Origin: Oligoflexia bacterium
GTDB lineage: Bacteria > Bdellovibrionota > UBA1018
Direction of reading: 5' to 3'
Assembly (NCBI GenBank): GCA_963758495.1
Contig: CAVWVI010000003.1
Span: 480,001 to 544,000 of the forward strand
Length of the DNA: 64,000 nucleotides
Shown one piece after another: positions 60,086 through 64,000 of this stretch (positions within the stretch are counted from its first letter, which is position 1; each line of letters starts with the position of its first letter). The notes beneath the pieces are model-generated. The model saw only the letters and a program-made list of their open reading frames with translations. It made no database searches and had not been told where the DNA came from. The position numbers and the translations under genes were made by a program.

Positions 60086-61324
60086 TTAAATCACAAGATT
60101 TTCTCGGATCCATTGTCCCGTCTCAAAACGAGCCCCAGCTAACTGAGCCGCGTCTAATGTCTCGTACCGACCTTTGATGATTCTCTCAGCAAGAGCTAAT
60201 CCAGCTCCATAGCTATGCATCACTCCGTGTCCAGAAAAGGAATGAGCTTCATAGATCCTTTCATTTCGCTTGATTTCTTTTTGGTGCACAGGACCTATAA
60301 TGGCGCATTCGTCAGGTGAAACTTCATATTGCCCTGCCCATCCGGTAACATGCTTGAGTTTTTCAAAATGAGTAGAGCGCTCATACAACGCTGGCCAGAT
60401 GGTCTCTATAAAAAAGCTTTCTCCATCGTAAGCGTAATTAATCCCATGCGATTCGTTGGGATGAGCGTAACCCGCTAGTCCATTTGTTGCCTCTGAATGA
60501 AAATACACTCCCGAAGTATCCACAATCATTCCATAAGAAGTCAAGTCTACTTCTTTGCAATCAAAGATGGAAACTTGTCGGCGTATTGGAAAAGAAGGAC
60601 TTTGATAACCTATGATTTTTGCAACTTTTCCGGCCCAAGGTCCTGCACAATTAATAATCCGTTCAGCATGATATTCAATACGGGAACGTTGTGAATCAAG
60701 GACTTCCTTCGTAAGCACATCGAGCTTTGTCTCATGTGACATCACGCTTTCAAATCGTTCTGCGACTGCACGGATTGGATGACTTCCCTGTTCGCTATGC
60801 TCAACAGAACAGAGGAGAGTCCGATCGTCATACACCACTCCCAGCGCACGACTTTGAGTTCGATAATAATTTTTTAATAAATTGGGATTAATCAGACCGT
60901 CCCGAGGTGCGAATAACGCTCCCACAATTCCATCCGTTTTATCTATAAATGAAACTTTGCGTTTTAGCTCAGAAACATCCCACACCTCCACGGGCCAACC
61001 CAATCTTAATTGAGTTTCCCTCGCCTTGAGCGCAGCCTCCCATTTATTTTGAGAATGAAGCCAAAGATAACCACAAGGCTTATATCCCACCTCCTCGGCC
61101 AGGGTAGCAAAGAAACCGATTGTCAATTTTGACATCTCAATATTAATAGGCTGAACCCAAGTAGCTCTTACGCCACCTGCATTGAGTTCCGAACTACTCA
61201 ATGAACCTTCTAAATCAAAGTCAATGACACGAATATCGGTCATCCCCTGTTTAGCCAAGTGCATCGCAACACTGCTTCCAATGACTCCAGCTCCGATAAT
61301 GAGCGTTTGAACTTTCTGGATCAT
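60086..61324 (-). CDS. FAD-dependent oxidoreductase (DAO/sarcosine oxidase beta-like)
   Basis: IIGAGVIG, NAGGVR, WAGQY and FSGHGVMH. Confidence 0.9.
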   Translation of the reverse strand: MIQKVQTLIIGAGVIGSSVAMHLAKQGMTDIRVIDFDLEGSLSSSELNAGGVRATWVQPINIEMSKLTIGFFATLAEEVGYKPCGYLWLHSQNKWEAALKARETQLRLGWPVEVWDVSELKRKVSFIDKTDGIVGALFAPRDGLINPNLLKNYYRTQSRALGVVYDDRTLLCSVEHSEQGSHPIRAVAERFESVMSHETKLDVLTKEVLDSQRSRIEYHAERIINCAGPWAGKVAKIIGYQSPSFPIRRQVSIFDCKEVDLTSYGMIVDTSGVYFHSEATNGLAGYAHPNESHGINYAYDGESFFIETIWPALYERSTHFEKLKHVTGWAGQYEVSPDECAIIGPVHQKEIKRNERIYEAHSFSGHGVMHSYGAGLALAERIIKGRYETLDAAQLAGARFETGQWIRENLVI

Positions 61325-61333
61325 AAGACGACC

Positions 61334-62212
61334 CTACCACATGAGATCAGTATACGTCTCGGCAATGATTTTAGGCTGTCCTGCTTCCTCTGCAATATAT
61401 AAGATTTTAGTACCCCTAGAACGATGACCCATGCCACCCGACTTGAGTTGAGATTTATAGTTCTGAGTAAAAGTAACCATTGAATACTTAGGGTGGCGAT
61501 AATAACGAATGTTCTCAGGACCAATCTTGATTGTAGAATATCGAGCGTTCAACTGAGCTTTGTAAGATTTCCAAGCAGACTTACTCTTTCCCTGAGCAGA
61601 AAAATCGGAATGATAGTAAGAAATATATTTATTAATATCCTTTTTTTCCCAACTTTGAATCCACTCATCCACAAAATTCTTGAGTTCAAGATTCTGGCCA
61701 GGTTGCATATACTCGCTAGTCAGTTCAGAAAAAATGAGAATGGGAGTCAAACCTAAGCGAATATGAGACTTAATTTCTAAAATTTCTTCATTTTTAACTA
61801 CAATGCAACCTTGGCTATCATAATTTTTTTTCAATCTTTCGGGCTCATTGGTGGCATGAAGCATAATCCCTGAACCGGTACGTCCCGCCAATTGATCAAA
61901 TGTGTTAGGGAAATTAATATGATATCCCATTTTACCAAACTTCTTATTGAGCGCAGGCGGTGTGGAAATGGATTTAAAAGTATAAATCCCTTCAGGGGTT
62001 TTCAAATCGTTTTCATCTTCCTTATCCCCTGCTACTTGCCCCAATGTAGCATGATAAGTTTTGATGGGTTTATAGGTACCGTTACTGTATTCGCAAACAA
62101 GTAAGTTATTGGTCTTTTTGTCTACCAAAACCGCTGAAGTGGTGACTATCGAAGCAAAAAGGTTGCTCTCAAAAAAGATAAGAATGAATACGAAACAAGT
62201 CAATTTAGCCAT
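61334..62212 (-). CDS. YkuD L,D-transpeptidase/carboxypeptidase with NTF2-like C-terminal domain (Csd6-like)
   Basis: Signal peptide; DLKTPEGIY and GIMLHAT...SQGCI; W...WE...Y.SYYH...FTQNY tail. Confidence 0.88.
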   Translation of the reverse strand: MAKLTCFVFILIFFESNLFASIVTTSAVLVDKKTNNLLVCEYSNGTYKPIKTYHATLGQVAGDKEDENDLKTPEGIYTFKSISTPPALNKKFGKMGYHINFPNTFDQLAGRTGSGIMLHATNEPERLKKNYDSQGCIVVKNEEILEIKSHIRLGLTPILIFSELTSEYMQPGQNLELKNFVDEWIQSWEKKDINKYISYYHSDFSAQGKSKSAWKSYKAQLNARYSTIKIGPENIRYYRHPKYSMVTFTQNYKSQLKSGGMGHRSRGTKILYIAEEAGQPKIIAETYTDLMW

Positions 62213-62272
62213 GGGAGTATAGTATCATTAAAATGACAAAATCGCCTCAATGACAAGCAAAATTACTTATAA

Positions 62273-63007
62273 TTAGGAAGCTGCAATATGCTTTTGACCT
62301 TGCCGAAAAGATCGCCATCGGAAGCCCCAAACTCGAAGTAATGCCTCAAAAACAATTCTTCGATTCATTTTTGATTTACCGATTTTACGATCTTCAAAAA
62401 TAATTGGAAACTCGACTATCTTAAATCCTCGCAAGAATGCGCGATACTTCAACTCGATTTGAAATGAATACCCATCTGACTTAAGAGTAGGCAAATCTAC
62501 CGATGTAAGTACATGGCGTCTCCAGCCATTAAACCCACCGGTAAAGTCCCGAATGGAAGCACCTAATATCATTCGAGAATAAAAACTTCCTCCTCGACTC
62601 AAAATTTTTCGACCTAAACCCCAATTGAGAGTTCCACCACCCGATACATAACGGGATCCAATCACGACATCATTTTGCGTCAGAAGCTCAAGCATCTTCC
62701 CTAAATATTTAGGATCATGTGAGAAATCCGCATCCATCTCAATGAAGCTCTCAAAGTCTTCTTTAAGACCCCATCCAAACCCATGAATATAAGCCGTTCC
62801 TAAACCCATTTTCTTAGCTCGATGAAGCACATGAAGCCGGCTGTTTTTTTGAGCGAGGGTATCTGCAAGCTCACCGGTTCCATCAGGAGAGCCGTCATCT
62901 ACTATCAAGATTTCGACATTTTTCGGGGCGATAGAAAGAACCGCTTCAGCGAGAAGCTTTAGATTCTCAATTTCATTGTAGGTCGGTATGACGATGAGTG
63001 TACGCAT
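62273..63007 (-). CDS. Polyprenol monophosphomannose synthase (GT2)
   Basis: IPTYNE, VDDGSPDGTG, MDADFSH, GSRY and GYSFQIE. Confidence 0.92.
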   Translation of the reverse strand: MRTLIVIPTYNEIENLKLLAEAVLSIAPKNVEILIVDDGSPDGTGELADTLAQKNSRLHVLHRAKKMGLGTAYIHGFGWGLKEDFESFIEMDADFSHDPKYLGKMLELLTQNDVVIGSRYVSGGGTLNWGLGRKILSRGGSFYSRMILGASIRDFTGGFNGWRRHVLTSVDLPTLKSDGYSFQIELKYRAFLRGFKIVEFPIIFEDRKIGKSKMNRRIVFEALLRVWGFRWRSFRQGQKHIAAS

Positions 63008-63105
63008 TTGTTAAGTATTGAACTAACATTTTTATGAGATTCCTGACAAGTTTTTATACTGACATAAGCCAACATAAAAAGAGAGAATGACTCATCTCAT
63101 CACAC

Positions 63106-64000
63106 TCAGTTTTGAACTAGATCCAAAATCCTCTTGAGCTCTTTCAGTCTCTCCGTTTTGGATCGATTTTTTATTCTCTCCCAGTCTCGGTAACTGATTC
63201 GTATGACCTTCCAGCCTTCATCACGAAGAATGAAATCAAGCATTTGATCTTGGGCACTCAAGATCTCCTGGCCATTTCTTAGTTGAAAGTGATGCGGACC
63301 ATCAAATTGAATAATTAACTTGGAAGAAGGTACTGCAAAATCAACGTGAGTTGCAGTACTTTCAATCCAATACTCTTCCCGCAAGTCTTGAGGATAAAAA
63401 ACTCGAATATCTTTACCGATGGCCTTCTGAGCATTAGATATTCTAACTCCTTGAGCCTTAAATCGAGAAGAGGCCTCTTCCAAGCGACGAATGATCGGAG
63501 AAGGCATAAGAATTTTGAATCTTGCAAATAAAACTCCCCTAGCTAAAGAAAGCTGATGAAGCTCTATAAGATTAAAATCCCCAATTATCTTTAGGGCCCT
63601 TTTTTTCCAGGCTTCTAAGTAATGCTCTGTAGGCTGAACACCTAAAACTGAAAATGCATAAATTGAATTAGAAAGCCCCTGAGATTTAAAATTTTCAATG
63701 AAATAAATAGCCCTATTCTGCCATACCGCTAAGAAGTGATCTTCAGGATGAATTCCTAATACTGAAAATGCATAGAGTGAGTTAGAAAGCTCCTGAGACT
63801 TAAAGCTTTCAATAGAATGGATTGCCTGCGTCTGCCAGACCTCTATGAAGTGATCTGTAGGATGAATTCCTAATCCTGAAAATGCATAGAGTGAGTTAGA
63901 AAGGCCCTGAGATGTAAAGCTTTTAATTAAATCAATCGCCTGACTCTGCCAAGCCGCTAAAAAATCATCTGTGGGATGAATTCCTAATCCTGAAAATGCA
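63106..64000 (-). CDS. 38-aa helical-repeat (OPR-like) protein with C-terminal RAP domain (partial)
   Basis: One open frame from 63999 to 63106; repeat FKSQELSNSLYAFSVLGIHPEDHFLAVWQNRAIYFIEN; RAP motif VDF...QFDGPHHF...GWKVIRISYRDW. Confidence 0.85.
   Translation of the reverse strand, partial: AFSGLGIHPTDDFLAAWQSQAIDLIKSFTSQGLSNSLYAFSGLGIHPTDHFIEVWQTQAIHSIESFKSQELSNSLYAFSVLGIHPEDHFLAVWQNRAIYFIENFKSQGLSNSIYAFSVLGVQPTEHYLEAWKKRALKIIGDFNLIELHQLSLARGVLFARFKILMPSPIIRRLEEASSRFKAQGVRISNAQKAIGKDIRVFYPQDLREEYWIESTATHVDFAVPSSKLIIQFDGPHHFQLRNGQEILSAQDQMLDFILRDEGWKVIRISYRDWERIKNRSKTERLKELKRILDLVQN
63570..64000 (-). repeat. 114-bp tandem coding repeats (about 4 units visible)
   Basis: GATGAATTCCTAAT recurs at 63747, 63861 and 63975 (period 114). 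Confidence 0.92.

Noticed and set aside
63315..63545. Apparent frameshift between the 38-aa repeats and the RAP domain, and the 70-aa ORF 63315-63527
   Set aside because: The junction reads GCT AGG GGA GTT TTA TTT GCA AGA TTC AAA ATT CTT ATG, so the repeats and RAP share one frame. The 70-aa ORF is an off-frame shadow.
63570..64000. Regularly spaced repeats as a CRISPR array
   Set aside because: The whole 114-bp unit is similar and coding; there are no unique spacers and no cas genes.
1..64000. tRNA, rRNA, transposase, integrase or prophage genes
   Set aside because: None recognised by eye; a tRNAscan/Rfam run would be needed to exclude small RNAs.

Overview
A ~40% GC bacterial chromosome segment. 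Gene content suggests Bdellovibrionota/Oligoflexia (inference from ACIII + caa3, paired ArsA ATPases, COG3014-LpoB, PF08886-type GshA, a PEGA kinase and flagellin). Housekeeping content: flagellin, trmB, an A2-type caa3 oxidase with sco and heme O synthase, the full actA-F alternative complex III, reverse transsulfuration (CBS/CGL), cell-wall recycling genes (mpl, serine hydrolase, YkuD) and two TA pairs. Best candidates for undescribed biology: (1) a secreted ankyrin-RING-C-type-lectin (FGE-sulfatase) protein whose 3' end has the adenine-poor signature of a diversity-generating-retroelement variable region, with no TR or RT in the window; (2) a KS-less P450-ACP-crotonase-SDR-FAAL operon coupled to a membrane histidine kinase and response regulator, resembling a fatty-acid signal synthesis/sensing circuit; (3) a secreted Hanks kinase with a C-terminal SH2-like domain; (4) an MNIO (DUF692) RiPP with an unusual GKDxGCS repeat precursor directly upstream of actA; (5) a 38-aa-repeat (OPR-like) RAP protein; (6) an ethylene-receptor-type kinase; (7) a sigma28-like regulon, partly leaderless, that includes two of the effector-like genes. 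All family calls come from motif recognition by eye; no searches were run.
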